IMG/VR virus record: IMGVR_UViG_3300028878_000001
Coordinates: 1 to 57,976 of that record
Origin: a virus
Lineage: Duplodnaviria; Caudoviricetes
Reading direction: 5' to 3' (one strand)
Length of the DNA stretch: 57,976 bases
Below the pieces are notes generated by a model. It was not told the origin of the DNA. It did no database searches and saw nothing but the letters and a program-made list of their open reading frames with translations. The translations under genes were made by a program, and so were the position numbers. This document shows positions 32,935-42,114 of the stretch, one piece after another (positions within the stretch are counted from its first letter, which is position 1; the number at the start of each line of letters is the position of its first letter).

Positions 32935-33189
32935 TCAGCCACCGGCGGCCCGGCCGGCTTCCAGGGTGGCGGCCACCACCGGCCAGTCGCGCTCGACGTC
33001 GGCCCGGCGGCGGCCAGCCGAGAGGGCCTTGCTGGCACGGTCGGCCAGGATGGCGGCTGCGTCGCGGGCCTGGCGGGTTTGCTCAGCCCGTCGGATCGGG
33101 TTGGGCGAGGGGTCGTAGCGGGCGTACGACACCCGGATGCCGAGGTAGTCGAGCAGGGTGTTGAGGGCATTGGCTTCGGTGATGTTCAC
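32935..33189 (-). CDS. Hypothetical protein (84 aa)
   Basis: AAGGAG RBS; MNITEANALNTLL...A...LA.RA.KAL.AG. Confidence 0.6.
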   Translation of the reverse strand: MNITEANALNTLLDYLGIRVSYARYDPSPNPIRRAEQTRQARDAAAILADRASKALSAGRRRADVERDWPVVAATLEAGRAAGG

Positions 33190-33216
33190 GGGTGTGCTCC
33201 TTGGTGGGCGGCCGGG

Positions 33217-33648
33217 TCAGCGGCCATCTTCGTGCCAGCCGCGTTCCAGCAACGCGAAGGTGGGGGTGCCAGCGAAGGCGGCTTGGATCTGCCGGCCGGC
33301 CTCCTCGTACTGGCGGCGCAGGCCGGGGCTCAGGGCCGGGTGGGTGCGGGTGAGCTGGCAGGCGCCAACCAGCAGGAACGCGGTGTAGGGGCCGGTTGGG
33401 ACCGGGAACCGCTCGCCGGCGGCTTCGGCGTCGACCAGCGCCCGGAGGGTGGTGATGTTGGCGGCGGTGTCGGGGTGGAGCGCGCCAGCCTCCAGCGCAG
33501 CGGCGTAGTCGGTGGCTTCGGGTTGGGTGCCGGTCCAGGTGTGCGGGTTGTCTTGGGGGCCGTCGTCCACGTAGTCGTCGGTGGTGCGATCGAGCACCCC
33601 CCACCGGTCGCGGGTGCCGGCGAGCCGGCGGGGCACATAGCGGGGCAT
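33217..33648 (-). CDS. Hypothetical protein (143 aa)
   Basis: GAGGAG RBS before MPRYVP. Confidence 0.55.
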   Translation of the reverse strand: MPRYVPRRLAGTRDRWGVLDRTTDDYVDDGPQDNPHTWTGTQPEATDYAAALEAGALHPDTAANITTLRALVDAEAAGERFPVPTGPYTAFLLVGACQLTRTHPALSPGLRRQYEEAGRQIQAAFAGTPTFALLERGWHEDGR

Positions 33649-33662
33649 CGGTTCTCCTCGGG

Positions 33663-34310
33663 TCAGGGCCGGCGCATCCGGCTGTCCGCCTCGAACGAGT
33701 GGGGGCCGTCGTCGCCACGCGGGTCGCTGGGGTCGGGGGTGGTGCGGTCGGCCACCCAGGTTGGGCCCATGGTGCAGGGGCCGTCGCAAGCGCATTCGGT
33801 GGCGTCGGCGTCCTCCGGGCCGGCGCAGCCGCACCCGGTCGGGCAGGGGCAGAACGTCTCGGTGGCCTGGCCGTAGACGTTGCCCTGGTAGGACAGGACC
33901 GCGGCCCCGCACGCCTGGTTGGTGCAGGTCCAGCGGGCCACGTTGGAGAGGGCATGGGGCGGGTCCCAGGCGAGGGTGTGGCCACGCCAGCGGGCCTCGG
34001 CTGGTGGGGGCGGGTCAGCGGGGGGTGGTGGGGCGGGGGCGTCGGCGACGTCGATGCCGAGCTGAGCGCACCGTTCCAGGCCGGCGGGGGTCAGGCGCAG
34101 ATAGACGCCGTCGCGGACTGGCCGGTGGGCCAGGTCGAGGGGTGCTTCGGCGGCCAGGCCTTGGCCTGTGAGCCAGTCGGCGGTCTGCCAGTAGACACCG
34201 GCCCGGTTGGGGTCGGGCTGAATGTGGATTGAGGTGCGCCGACACGGGTTGGGGTGGTTGGCGGCCAGGGCTTCCAGTCCTCTGCGGCGGGCGGGGGTCA
34301 GGTTGGTCAT
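33663..34310 (-). CDS. Winged-helix-like protein with Cys-rich C-terminus
   Basis: LTPARRRGL..L, VYWQTADWL...GLA, LTPAG; C-terminal Cys cluster. Confidence 0.55.
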   Translation of the reverse strand: MTNLTPARRRGLEALAANHPNPCRRTSIHIQPDPNRAGVYWQTADWLTGQGLAAEAPLDLAHRPVRDGVYLRLTPAGLERCAQLGIDVADAPAPPPPADPPPPAEARWRGHTLAWDPPHALSNVARWTCTNQACGAAVLSYQGNVYGQATETFCPCPTGCGCAGPEDADATECACDGPCTMGPTWVADRTTPDPSDPRGDDGPHSFEADSRMRRP

Positions 34311-34579
34311 CGGGCGTCCTTGATCCAGCCGGGGCGGTCGTCGTCGAGGCGGCGGCCACCAGGTGGGGTGGGGGGAGGGTCAGGGTTGGGGCGGGGGCGG
34401 CGCAGGGCGGCGCGGATGGGGTCGAACACGTAGTCGAGCGCGGCTGCGCAGAGCAGGAACGTGGTGGAGGTGGCGGCGATGGTCTGCCACAGCGGCCGGT
34501 CGCTGAGGTGGCCGACGGCCACCCCGGCCGTGAAGCTCACGGCGAACAGGCCCAGCCGCCGCAGGTCATGCAGGTTCAT
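34307..34579 (-). CDS. Small two-TM membrane protein
   Basis: GAGGAGG RBS; two hydrophobic segments; LWQTI motif shared with the neighbouring gene. Confidence 0.55.
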   Translation of the reverse strand: MNLHDLRRLGLFAVSFTAGVAVGHLSDRPLWQTIAATSTTFLLCAAALDYVFDPIRAALRRPRPNPDPPPTPPGGRRLDDDRPGWIKDAR

Positions 34580-34955
34580 GGCGGTCCTCCTCGGCGAGCA
34601 GGTGGATGGTGGCGAGGGTGGTGCGGGCGGCTGGCAGGCCACCCGGGTCGGGGATCAGGACCTTGCCGGCGGCGAACGCGCGGGCGTCGGCAGGGTCGAC
34701 GAAGTCGACCAGGACCTGGCCGGGCTCCCAGATGGTCTCCTCTTCGGGGAGGGGGTGGCGGCTCAGGCCGGGAAGCACGGTGTCGATGATCAGCCCGCCC
34801 AGCTCGGCGACGACGACCAGGAACACGATGGTCTGCCACAGCGCGCCGGTGGCGTCGTCGCGGATGAGCGCGCCGACGGCCATGGCGCCACCGACAGCAA
34901 GCCAGAACAGCGGGCGGGGTGGGCGGTCGGGGTGCGGGGGCCAGAAGCGGTGCAT
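34566..34955 (-). CDS. Small two-TM membrane protein
   Basis: Hydrophobic segments; LWQTI motif. Confidence 0.55.
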   Translation of the reverse strand: MHRFWPPHPDRPPRPLFWLAVGGAMAVGALIRDDATGALWQTIVFLVVVAELGGLIIDTVLPGLSRHPLPEEETIWEPGQVLVDFVDPADARAFAAGKVLIPDPGGLPAARTTLATIHLLAEEDRHEPA

Positions 34956-35461
34956 CAGCTTGCTCCTTCGCGGGCTTGGCGGATCAGCTCGAACGCTTGG
35001 CCGATCTTGTCGTAGGTGCGGCGACGAACATCGGTGCTGGTGTCGGTGGTCAGGGTGTCTCCCACCTCCCCGAGCAGCCGTTGGGCTTCTCCCAGCAGCC
35101 CCCGACGGCGGCGGCCAGCGAAGCTGAACTCGTTGTCGGGCAGATGGACCACCGGGGGCAGGTCAGCCAGGAAGGTCAGGTCCTGGCGGTACAGCCACTC
35201 CAGGAACCCCTCGAACAGGGGGCACACCCACACCTGATGCTTCTCCAGGTCCGCGGCCGGGAGCCCACCCGGCCGGAACAGGGCACCCTCGCCGGTGGCC
35301 AGGTCGAGCACCAGCAGGATGTTGGGTGCCCACCGGGCCAGCGGCAGGCTTCCTTCGGCCTCGGGGAGCGCGCTGGCGTAGCCGCGTTCGTGGGTGAACC
35401 GGGCGACCAGGAACTTGCCCCAGTTGCCGGCGCCGTGGGTCTCGATGATCTTGGTCTCCAT
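34955..35461 (-). CDS. Conserved hypothetical protein (168 aa)
   Basis: NWGKFLV, LVLDL.TGEGA.F, DL.KH.VWVCPLFE.FL.WLY. Confidence 0.7.
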   Translation of the reverse strand: METKIIETHGAGNWGKFLVARFTHERGYASALPEAEGSLPLARWAPNILLVLDLATGEGALFRPGGLPAADLEKHQVWVCPLFEGFLEWLYRQDLTFLADLPPVVHLPDNEFSFAGRRRRGLLGEAQRLLGEVGDTLTTDTSTDVRRRTYDKIGQAFELIRQAREGAS

Positions 35462-35682
35462 CAGGCCTCCTCTCTGGATTCCTTGGTGTAGGGAACCTCG
35501 GTCCACCCCTCGCCCAGCTCGGCTTGGACACGGGCTCGGACACCAGCTTCCCGGCCGAACTTGAACTCCCACAGCCCCCACGGCTGACCGTGGGGGCGGG
35601 TGCGCCACTGCCAGCCGCCAAGGGCGGGACGGAGCTGGAACAGCCCGGTGTGGTAGGTGGCTGGCGGGTCAATCAGCGGCAT
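35461..35682 (-). CDS. Hypothetical protein (73 aa)
   Basis: GAGGAGG RBS; TGATG coupling. Confidence 0.5.
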   Translation of the reverse strand: MPLIDPPATYHTGLFQLRPALGGWQWRTRPHGQPWGLWEFKFGREAGVRARVQAELGEGWTEVPYTKESREEA

Positions 35683-36433
35683 CGGCGCGGGCCTCCTCGG
35701 TCACGGCCATCATGATCTCGAACAGTGACGTTTGAGCGGCCTGGTCAAGCTCACCGGCTGGGGGGGCGGGTTGTGGTGCCGGTCCCGCAGCCGGCACCAC
35801 AACCCTGGTCTTGGGGGTCGTGGTGGCCGTGGTGGCGAAGCGGCAGACGACCGGCTCGCCGTGGTGCAGCCCCTTGCAGATGGCCAGGGGCCGGCCGCGG
35901 CCGTCGAACAGGCGCCGGTCGATGCCGGCTGCGGCGACCCGCCGGCCGATGTCGGCTCGCACCTGCCGCTCCAGGTCGTCGATCTGCGAGCCGTGGAGGG
36001 CTTCCATGTGCTGCTGGGCGGCGGCGAAGGGGTTGTCGTCGGGGTGGATGCGGCCGAAGCAGCGACCGTACAGGCCGGTCGCGTCGTCGGTCAGAGGGGC
36101 GACCATGCTCATGCGGGAACAGGCCACGCAGATCTCGGCGTCGGTGCCGGGCCGCAGGTCCTCGCCCTTGGCGGCCCGGGTGGTCAGCTCCCAGGCGTGG
36201 GCTCGGACCAGGAACTCGGTCAGGGGCTCGTCCCAGGTGGGGCGGGTCAGGGTGATGGCGTGGTAGATCAGGTCGGCGGCGTCGGGATGTTCGGCGGTCA
36301 GCTTCTCGGCTTCCTCCTCGGCCCAGCAGACCGGCCCGAACCACTCGCCCACCAGCCGTTGGGTGTCGAGCCACAGGGCCATCACGTCCAGGTTCCCGTC
36401 GGCGTCGAAGAACCGGCTGTCGGGCTCAGGCAT
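35669..36433 (-). CDS. Conserved actinobacterial mobile-element protein (254 aa)
   Basis: WAEEE....HP..AD, RAH..EL..R.A.G.D.RPGT.AE, S..APL, C.G.HHG..V.C. Confidence 0.65.
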   Translation of the reverse strand: MPEPDSRFFDADGNLDVMALWLDTQRLVGEWFGPVCWAEEEAEKLTAEHPDAADLIYHAITLTRPTWDEPLTEFLVRAHAWELTTRAAKGEDLRPGTDAEICVACSRMSMVAPLTDDATGLYGRCFGRIHPDDNPFAAAQQHMEALHGSQIDDLERQVRADIGRRVAAAGIDRRLFDGRGRPLAICKGLHHGEPVVCRFATTATTTPKTRVVVPAAGPAPQPAPPAGELDQAAQTSLFEIMMAVTEEARADAAD

Positions 36434-36938
36434 CAGGGCCGGCCTGGGTGACCTGGAACAGGGGCAGGAACCGCTCGGGCACGTTCGTCCACACATTCGG
36501 GGTGCGGTGGTCGCAGCCGACGATGACCACATCGCCCAGCAGGGCGTAGTCGGTTGGCCAGCCCGTCCCTCGGGACAGGTGGACCCGTTGGGCTTCGGAC
36601 TCGGTCTTGATGTAGGTGGTGGCGCGCCAGTTGATCGGCAACCTGAGGCGGCCGCCGTCCTCGTTGACGACGATGATGGCGTCGCGGTCGTAGCGGGGGG
36701 TTTCGATGTAGCCGCCGACCAGCCGCTGCAGGATGGACAGCTGGCGGCCGCTGTCGCCGGACCCGAGCGGGGTCAGATGGGCGGCGACCTGCGCGTCGGC
36801 GGGGACGACCAGCCCGTGGATCACCCGCGAACCCGGGCCCGGGGTGGGGTCGCAGGTTGGGCAACCTGGCACCCGGTTGGACTCATGGGCGCCGGCCTGG
36901 TGGGCGGCGGCGAGCTGGTCGGCTTGCTCGTCAGTCAT
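36426..36938 (-). CDS. DUF3846-like protein
   Basis: LQRLVGGYIE, VNEDG..L.LPIN.RAT, LLGDVVIVG. Confidence 0.78.
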   Translation of the reverse strand: MTDEQADQLAAAHQAGAHESNRVPGCPTCDPTPGPGSRVIHGLVVPADAQVAAHLTPLGSGDSGRQLSILQRLVGGYIETPRYDRDAIIVVNEDGGRLRLPINWRATTYIKTESEAQRVHLSRGTGWPTDYALLGDVVIVGCDHRTPNVWTNVPERFLPLFQVTQAGPDA

Positions 36939-37192
36939 CGAGGGTCGCTCCTCTGCGGGTGAGTTCGGCCGCGACCGCCATCCGCATGGGGTCGAGGTCG
37001 GGGCGGGCGAACAGGGTCATGGCGTTGGGGTCAAGGTCGGGCATGGACGCGAGCAGACGAAGGGTGTCGGCGCCGGCCAGCACCATCCGCAGCGAGTGGA
37101 GGTCCAGGCGGCCCAGCAGGGTCGGGTCGGTGCCGGCGGCCGCGCACGTTGGGGCGCGGTGGGCGTACCCGCACCGCGGGCACCATGGCGGG

Positions 37193-37702
37193 TCATGGTC
37201 GGGGGGCACGGCGGGTCTCCCGCCATGCGGCTTCGATCAGCGATTCCATGTCCAGGTCGTCCATCGAGCGGCGGCCGGCCAGGACGTCGCCGGCGACCGC
37301 TGCCCACCATCGGGCCTCGCGGCGCAGGTGCGCGGCCTCGCGCGCCGGCATCCCGGCGCGCGAGGCTTGGCGTTCGCAGCGGCCGGCGTTGGTGGCCAGG
37401 TTGCGGGCGGCCCGGCAGACCGGGCAGACCCGGGGGGCGTCCTTGCGGCGCTTGAGCCGTCGTTCCAGGGTCCGGTCGCCGGCCCAGGTCTGGGCGATCT
37501 GGAACCCGATCCCCTGGGCTTGGATGTAGCGGATGATCTTGGCGCTGCGGCCGTTGCCGAGGGTGTGGGTGGTGATCCGGTCCATGAGGACGGCCGCCCA
37601 CCCGTAGTAGTGCTGGGCTTGGCCGTGGGGGTTGTCGGGGTTGCCGATCCGTTCGGTGAAGTGCAGCAGGTAGACGGTTCCCGGGCCGGGGTCAGCTTGC
37701 AC
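37193..37702 (-). CDS. GIY-YIG-like endonuclease
   Basis: GTG behind GGAGG; VYLLHF...HYYGW....RI..H..GNG, ERRLK, CPVC. Confidence 0.75.
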   Translation of the reverse strand: MQADPGPGTVYLLHFTERIGNPDNPHGQAQHYYGWAAVLMDRITTHTLGNGRSAKIIRYIQAQGIGFQIAQTWAGDRTLERRLKRRKDAPRVCPVCRAARNLATNAGRCERQASRAGMPAREAAHLRREARWWAAVAGDVLAGRRSMDDLDMESLIEAAWRETRRAPRP

Positions 37703-37928
37703 GCCGCACCTCCCCCTCGGGCGCGGTGTAGTCGCGGGTGATCGGCGGCGTGTAGCGGCCGGCCATCGACCGGGCGAGGGCGGCTTGGGCGTCGCACTCC
37801 TCAAGGGTGAAGCTCATGTAGAGGGCGCCGTCCTCGGCCTCGTAGGCGTCGGGGCCGTCGGCATACGGGCCGCTCAACGGGATGGTGACGTCGGGCCGGA
37901 GCGGCACGGAGAGGGGCTCGGCGGCCAT
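37692..37928 (-). CDS. Hypothetical protein (78 aa)
   Basis: Operon packing. Confidence 0.5.
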   Translation of the reverse strand: MAAEPLSVPLRPDVTIPLSGPYADGPDAYEAEDGALYMSFTLEECDAQAALARSMAGRYTPPITRDYTAPEGEVRRAS

Positions 37929-37930
37929 GT

Positions 37931-38623
37931 TCAGCCCACCTTCCGGCCGGTGAGGTCGAGGATGGTGCTGATGGTGTCGAGGGTGTCCATCGACCAGTCG
38001 GTCGCGTCGGCCATCGCCGCGGCGATCCGGTCCAGGGCGGCGGCCGGGTCGTTGGCGAGGGTCAGCCGCTCCAGCCAGGCGATCGGGACTTTGACGTCGG
38101 GCTGGTTGGCGAAGCGCCCCATCGGCTGGTCGGGGTCGAAGCTGACCGCGGCGCGGGCCTGCAACACCCGGGCGACGGTGCCGTGGTTGCCGAGCAGCAC
38201 CGAGGACGGGGTGTTGGTGGGGGCGTCGAGGCGGACCCGAACCCGGTCGCCGCGGTGCAAGGTGGGGGCGGCCGCGGCCAGCTCGGCCTGCTTGGCGTCG
38301 AGGGCGGCGTTGCGTAACTGGACCTTGCGGTTGCTGACCGCTTCCAGGATCAGCGGCATGGCGTCGCGGCCTTGGCTGTAGTAGCCATGCTGGATCTGGG
38401 CGATCAGGTCGGCCTGCTCCAGCCCGGTGGGGACCGGGGCCTGGAGGTGGATGGCGCGGCGGTCGTAGCTGCGGCGGCTGCGGGCCATCCGTTCGATGGC
38501 GTCCAGGCGGGCGTCGTGGTCGCCGGCGTCGATGGCCTCGTACAGGGCCATGGCCCGGTCGGCTGACTGGTGCGGAACGCCGACGGTGACGGTGGCGGGG
38601 GTGGGGTGGTCCTTGGTGCCCAT
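37931..38623 (-). CDS. Hypothetical protein with SH3/KOW-like segment
   Basis: GGAGGCCCACCCGC-ATG leader; LHRGDRVRV...GTV.RV...VSFD. Confidence 0.6.
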   Translation of the reverse strand: MGTKDHPTPATVTVGVPHQSADRAMALYEAIDAGDHDARLDAIERMARSRRSYDRRAIHLQAPVPTGLEQADLIAQIQHGYYSQGRDAMPLILEAVSNRKVQLRNAALDAKQAELAAAAPTLHRGDRVRVRLDAPTNTPSSVLLGNHGTVARVLQARAAVSFDPDQPMGRFANQPDVKVPIAWLERLTLANDPAAALDRIAAAMADATDWSMDTLDTISTILDLTGRKVG

Positions 38624-38639
38624 GCGGGTGGGCCTCCGT

Positions 38640-39209
38640 TCAGTCGCGGGGAACGTACAGGTGCTCGACCTGGCCGAGGTCGAGATGCTCTTCGGGGCCT
38701 TCACCTCCGGCGGTGAACTGCTCATGCACCCACACGTGCAGGTCGCCGTTGGTCTTGTGGATGTACCGCTGCACCCGGAGCCGGCGGCCGCCCAGAATCA
38801 GGATGGTGTTGTGGCCGACCGCCCCCCGGGGGATCGCGATGACGGTGGTGACCTGGCCGGGCTCGGGGGGGACACGCAGGTCGTGGATGGTCGGGTGGCC
38901 GGTCAGCCCCTCCGCCCACCGGTCGGCGTGGGGGCCGCAGAAGCGGCGGTCGAGCAGGCGGCCGTCGGCGTACTCGGCCACCACCACCACCGTGACCGGG
39001 GCCGGGCAGGTGGGCCGGGCGCCGGAGTCCCAGGCGCATTCCTCGCGGCGGCCGTCGACGCTCAGCAGCCACACCTGCGGCTGCCCGCCCGCTCCGGTGG
39101 TCAGGGTGACCCGGTGGGCGGGGCCGGGCACCTCCATGAACCCAGCCCGGGGGCTGATCAGCCGCCGGTCGATCACGCGGCCGTCGGTGCCGAACCAGAC
39201 GAGTTCCAT
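38640..39209 (-). CDS. Hypothetical protein (189 aa)
   Basis: GAGGAGG RBS before MELVWFG. Confidence 0.55.
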   Translation of the reverse strand: MELVWFGTDGRVIDRRLISPRAGFMEVPGPAHRVTLTTGAGGQPQVWLLSVDGRREECAWDSGARPTCPAPVTVVVVAEYADGRLLDRRFCGPHADRWAEGLTGHPTIHDLRVPPEPGQVTTVIAIPRGAVGHNTILILGGRRLRVQRYIHKTNGDLHVWVHEQFTAGGEGPEEHLDLGQVEHLYVPRD

Positions 39210-39402
39210 GCGTCCTCCTCTCCCGGCCGCGGGGCGATGCTGACGCCGTGGCGGTCGGCTGGGCAGTCGTGAGCTTCGGGGGTGGTCGCGTACAGGGCCT
39301 CCTCGCGGGCGGGTTCGTTCACCGCGGTGGGGTCGAGGGCGTCGGGGCGGGCCGGGGTCATGTTGCCGCAGCCGCAGCGGCGCGCTCCGTGCAGCGGCCG
39401 GT

Positions 39403-39648
39403 TCATGGGCGGGGGGCGCGGCGGGCCTCAGCCCGGGCGGCGGACAGGGCCCGGCTCCACTTGCCGCTCTTGAGGTCGGTGGCGGCGGCTGCCTTGAGGC
39501 GGCGGTGGGCGAGCCGGCGGATGGCGTCGGTGATGCCGGGTTGGGTGTCGAGCCAGGTGTCGAGGCGGGCGGCGGCGTTGGCGTAGCCGATCCGGAACCG
39601 GTAGTCGGCGCGGGACTCGCGGGTCTCGCGGGTCTGGTTGCGGGACAA
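39403..39648 (-). CDS. First gene of the leftward operon, small basic protein (81 aa)
   Basis: TTG start behind GGGAGG, just downstream of the leftward promoter. Confidence 0.55.
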   Translation of the reverse strand: MSRNQTRETRESRADYRFRIGYANAAARLDTWLDTQPGITDAIRRLAHRRLKAAAATDLKSGKWSRALSAARAEARRAPRP

Positions 39649-39676
39649 GGGGCGGGCCTCCCTCGGTCGATTGCTG

Positions 39677-39731
39677 AAACCATCTGTTGCAAGGGTACCC
39701 CTCGCGGGCGTATTGTTGCAACAGAAGGTTT
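39677..39731. promoter_or_regulatory. Overlapping bidirectional promoter inside an inverted repeat
   Basis: Plus: TTGCAA(39687)-18-TATTGT(39711). Minus: TTGCAA(39721)-18-TACCCT(39697). Arms AAACCATCTGTTGCAA / TTGCAACAGAAGGTTT. Located at the strand switch. Confidence 0.78.
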
Positions 39732-39759
39732 CACCCGCGACGAGGAGGAGGCCACCCGC

Positions 39760-40221
39760 ATGGCCCACACCCGCACCGGCCCCAAGCCCTACACCAAGAA
39801 GACCACCGCCGAGCGTGCCGAGGCCGCCCGGCTGCTGCGTGAGCGGCTGGAGAAGTTCGACCGGGAGCTGGACCCTGAGCAGGAAAGCGAGATCCTGGCC
39901 CGGTTCATGGGCTACAGCGCCCGCAACGCCAAGCTGATCGCGATGCAGGCGGCCGACCTTGGCATCACCGCCACCGACGTGGCCGGGTTCCATGCCTGGC
40001 GTCAGCGGGGCCGCAAGGTCCTCAAGCGGCCCGACCACGTGCCCGAGGGAGGTTGGGGCCTGAAGATCCTGGCGCCGGCCGGCAGCCGCCGCACCCACAA
40101 CAGCGACCCCGGCGGTGACGGCAAGGTTGCCGTGGAGGGGGACGGCGGCGGCGGCGAGGACAAGGTGTTCTTCCACACCGCCACGGTGTTCGACATCGCC
40201 CAGACCGAGCCCGCCGAGTAG
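39760..40221 (+). CDS. ArdC-like N-terminal ssDNA-binding domain protein (stand-alone)
   Basis: RF.GYS.RN..LI.MQ, AT.VAGF.AW...GR.V.K, LKILAP, VFDIAQTE. Confidence 0.85.
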   Translation: MAHTRTGPKPYTKKTTAERAEAARLLRERLEKFDRELDPEQESEILARFMGYSARNAKLIAMQAADLGITATDVAGFHAWRQRGRKVLKRPDHVPEGGWGLKILAPAGSRRTHNSDPGGDGKVAVEGDGGGGEDKVFFHTATVFDIAQTEPAE

Positions 40222-40234
40222 GAGGCGCACACCT

Positions 40235-40543
40235 ATGGCCCGCAAGCCCGACCCCCGCCACCAGCGGCCCCCCAACGAGCGGAGCCGCCGGTGGGTGTCG
40301 GAGCCGCTGGATGCCGGGCTCAGCCCCGACCAGCACCAGGCGAAGCAGCGGCGCCGTCGGGCCGCGCCGGCTGACCGGTGCATCTGTTGGGGGGCGGCGC
40401 AGCCGGGCCAGACCCGACCGCCGCTGCCTGACCCCTGCAACCCCCTGACCGGATGCGACCGCGGCTGCAAGCCGTGCGCGACCCGGGGTCCGTTGGTGAC
40501 TCACGCCGATCTGCGTGAGCTTCTTGGAAGGGACGTGGCGTGA
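40235..40543 (+). CDS. Cys-rich hypothetical protein
   Basis: GGAGG RBS; GTGA coupling. Confidence 0.45.
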   Translation: MARKPDPRHQRPPNERSRRWVSEPLDAGLSPDQHQAKQRRRRAAPADRCICWGAAQPGQTRPPLPDPCNPLTGCDRGCKPCATRGPLVTHADLRELLGRDVA

Positions 40544-40944
40544 GCATGACCCCCTACGCATCCCCGGCTGGCCCGTTCGTGGCTGAGGCCCCCGGGCGGG
40601 AGGCCAGTGTCAGGGCCGGCCTGACACTGGCACCGCGGAAGCGGCGGCAGCGGCGGGAGGTCGAGACCGACCAGTTCGCCGGGTTCGTGGCGCGGATCCT
40701 GCGGGCGTTCGCGCGGCGGGTCGGTGACGACCTGGACGCGCTCGGCACCCTCAAGGACATGCGGGCTGAGCTTGACGCGGCCATGGACGACGCGGTGGCG
40801 CGGCTCCGCAACGACCCCGACCAGCCGGCGAGCTGGGCTGAGATCGGCGCCCAGCTCGGCATCACCCGTCAGACCGCCCAGGAGCGGTTCGCCCACGTCG
40901 GTGGGGCCCGCACCACCGGCGGCCAGCCTGCCCATCTGCGCTGA
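40540..40944 (+). CDS. HTH DNA-binding protein
   Basis: F..RI.RA..RRV..D, SWAEIGAQLGITRQTAQERF. Confidence 0.8.
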   Translation: MSMTPYASPAGPFVAEAPGREASVRAGLTLAPRKRRQRREVETDQFAGFVARILRAFARRVGDDLDALGTLKDMRAELDAAMDDAVARLRNDPDQPASWAEIGAQLGITRQTAQERFAHVGGARTTGGQPAHLR

Positions 40945-40953
40945 GGAGGCGCC

Positions 40954-41214
40954 ATGGCAACCATCATGAGCGGAGGAGGGGCCATGGGCGGCCCCAACGG
41001 TGGCGACCGGCGCTGCGACGCCCGCTGCCACACCGCCACCGAGCCCGACTGCGACTGCATCTGCGGTGGCCGCTACCACGGCTGCGGGTCGTCCGCTAAG
41101 GCCCAAGAGCAGTTGACCGTCGACTGGCTGGGTGCGGACTGGCGTGAGCGGTTCGGCGCCTTCGTGCAGGGCGACCCAGCCCAGCAGAAGCTGGGGGTTG
41201 AGGCCGATGCTTGA
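40954..41214 (+). CDS. Cys-rich metal-binding protein
   Basis: CDARC..A....CDCICGG.YHG. Confidence 0.7.
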   Translation: MATIMSGGGAMGGPNGGDRRCDARCHTATEPDCDCICGGRYHGCGSSAKAQEQLTVDWLGADWRERFGAFVQGDPAQQKLGVEADA

Positions 41215-41641
41215 GCTGACCCCGTCCTCGGCACCCGGCGAGCACCACGGCCGGGTGTCGGTGTTCGTCATGGAACCCGGCGGGACGTTGTGGCTGTGGC
41301 GGTTCGACGCCGGCCGCCGTCGGATCGAGCACATGATCATCCCCCGCCCCCAGCTGCCCCGGTTGCGGGCCTTCCTGGCCAGCCGAAGGACCGACGACCG
41401 GCGGGATCTGCCGCTGGTCCGCCGGACGCAGACCAGGACCCAGCGGCTGACGATCCCAGCCGCCGACGTGGATCGCGTGCGCGAGGCGATCCGGGAGCTG
41501 TTCCGGTTCGAGGCTGACCCTTCACTGCCGGAGTGGAAGACGCGCGGCTACCTGACCGCCGAGGAGGCCGAAGCCATCGCCGACGCCCACCCCGAATGGT
41601 TCACCAACCAAGACGACGACCCCGGGCCCGGACCCGGATAG
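41207..41641 (+). CDS. Hypothetical protein (144 aa)
   Basis: Operon packing; start MLELTP. Confidence 0.5.
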   Translation: MLELTPSSAPGEHHGRVSVFVMEPGGTLWLWRFDAGRRRIEHMIIPRPQLPRLRAFLASRRTDDRRDLPLVRRTQTRTQRLTIPAADVDRVREAIRELFRFEADPSLPEWKTRGYLTAEEAEAIADAHPEWFTNQDDDPGPGPG

Positions 41642-41648
41642 GAGCCCC

Positions 41649-41864
41649 ATGCGAGTGCGTGTGCGAGTGCTGGAGCCTGGCACCAAGGTCAAGGTCACCA
41701 GCCACCGTGAGCCGGCATGGGCCGGCACCTGGATTGTGCATCGTCGGGTTGTCGAGGCCGGCCTGCAAGATGCCAGCTACGACCTGTTCCACTCCCACCA
41801 CGGCCACCATGCGACAGTGCGACGGTCGGGGTTGCGGATCGTCAAGGAGGACACCAATGGCTGA
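41649..41864 (+). CDS. Small SH3-like protein (71 aa)
   Basis: AGGAG RBS; PGTKVKV...GTWIV. Confidence 0.5.
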   Translation: MRVRVRVLEPGTKVKVTSHREPAWAGTWIVHRRVVEAGLQDASYDLFHSHHGHHATVRRSGLRIVKEDTNG

Positions 41865-42114
41865 GGCGGTCATCGTCATGTCGGTTGCGGCGTGGGCCGA
41901 GCAGGGCCACCAGGCCTATCGGGCGCTGATGGCCAAGCGGCCACCCGGCAGCCCCACCACCATCGCCAGCCTGGATGCCGTCGACCACGACCTGTTCGCG
42001 ACGATGATCGAGGCGCTGGTGGCGCTGTCGCAGGTCACCGGGGTCAAGGTGGCGCCCGAGCTGATCAGGTTGGCTGGGCTGCGGCCGGTGGCTGAGGTGC
42101 TGGGGCTCCGATGA
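41857..42114 (+). CDS. Hypothetical protein (85 aa)
   Basis: AAGGAGG RBS. Confidence 0.55.
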   Translation: MAEAVIVMSVAAWAEQGHQAYRALMAKRPPGSPTTIASLDAVDHDLFATMIEALVALSQVTGVKVAPELIRLAGLRPVAEVLGLR

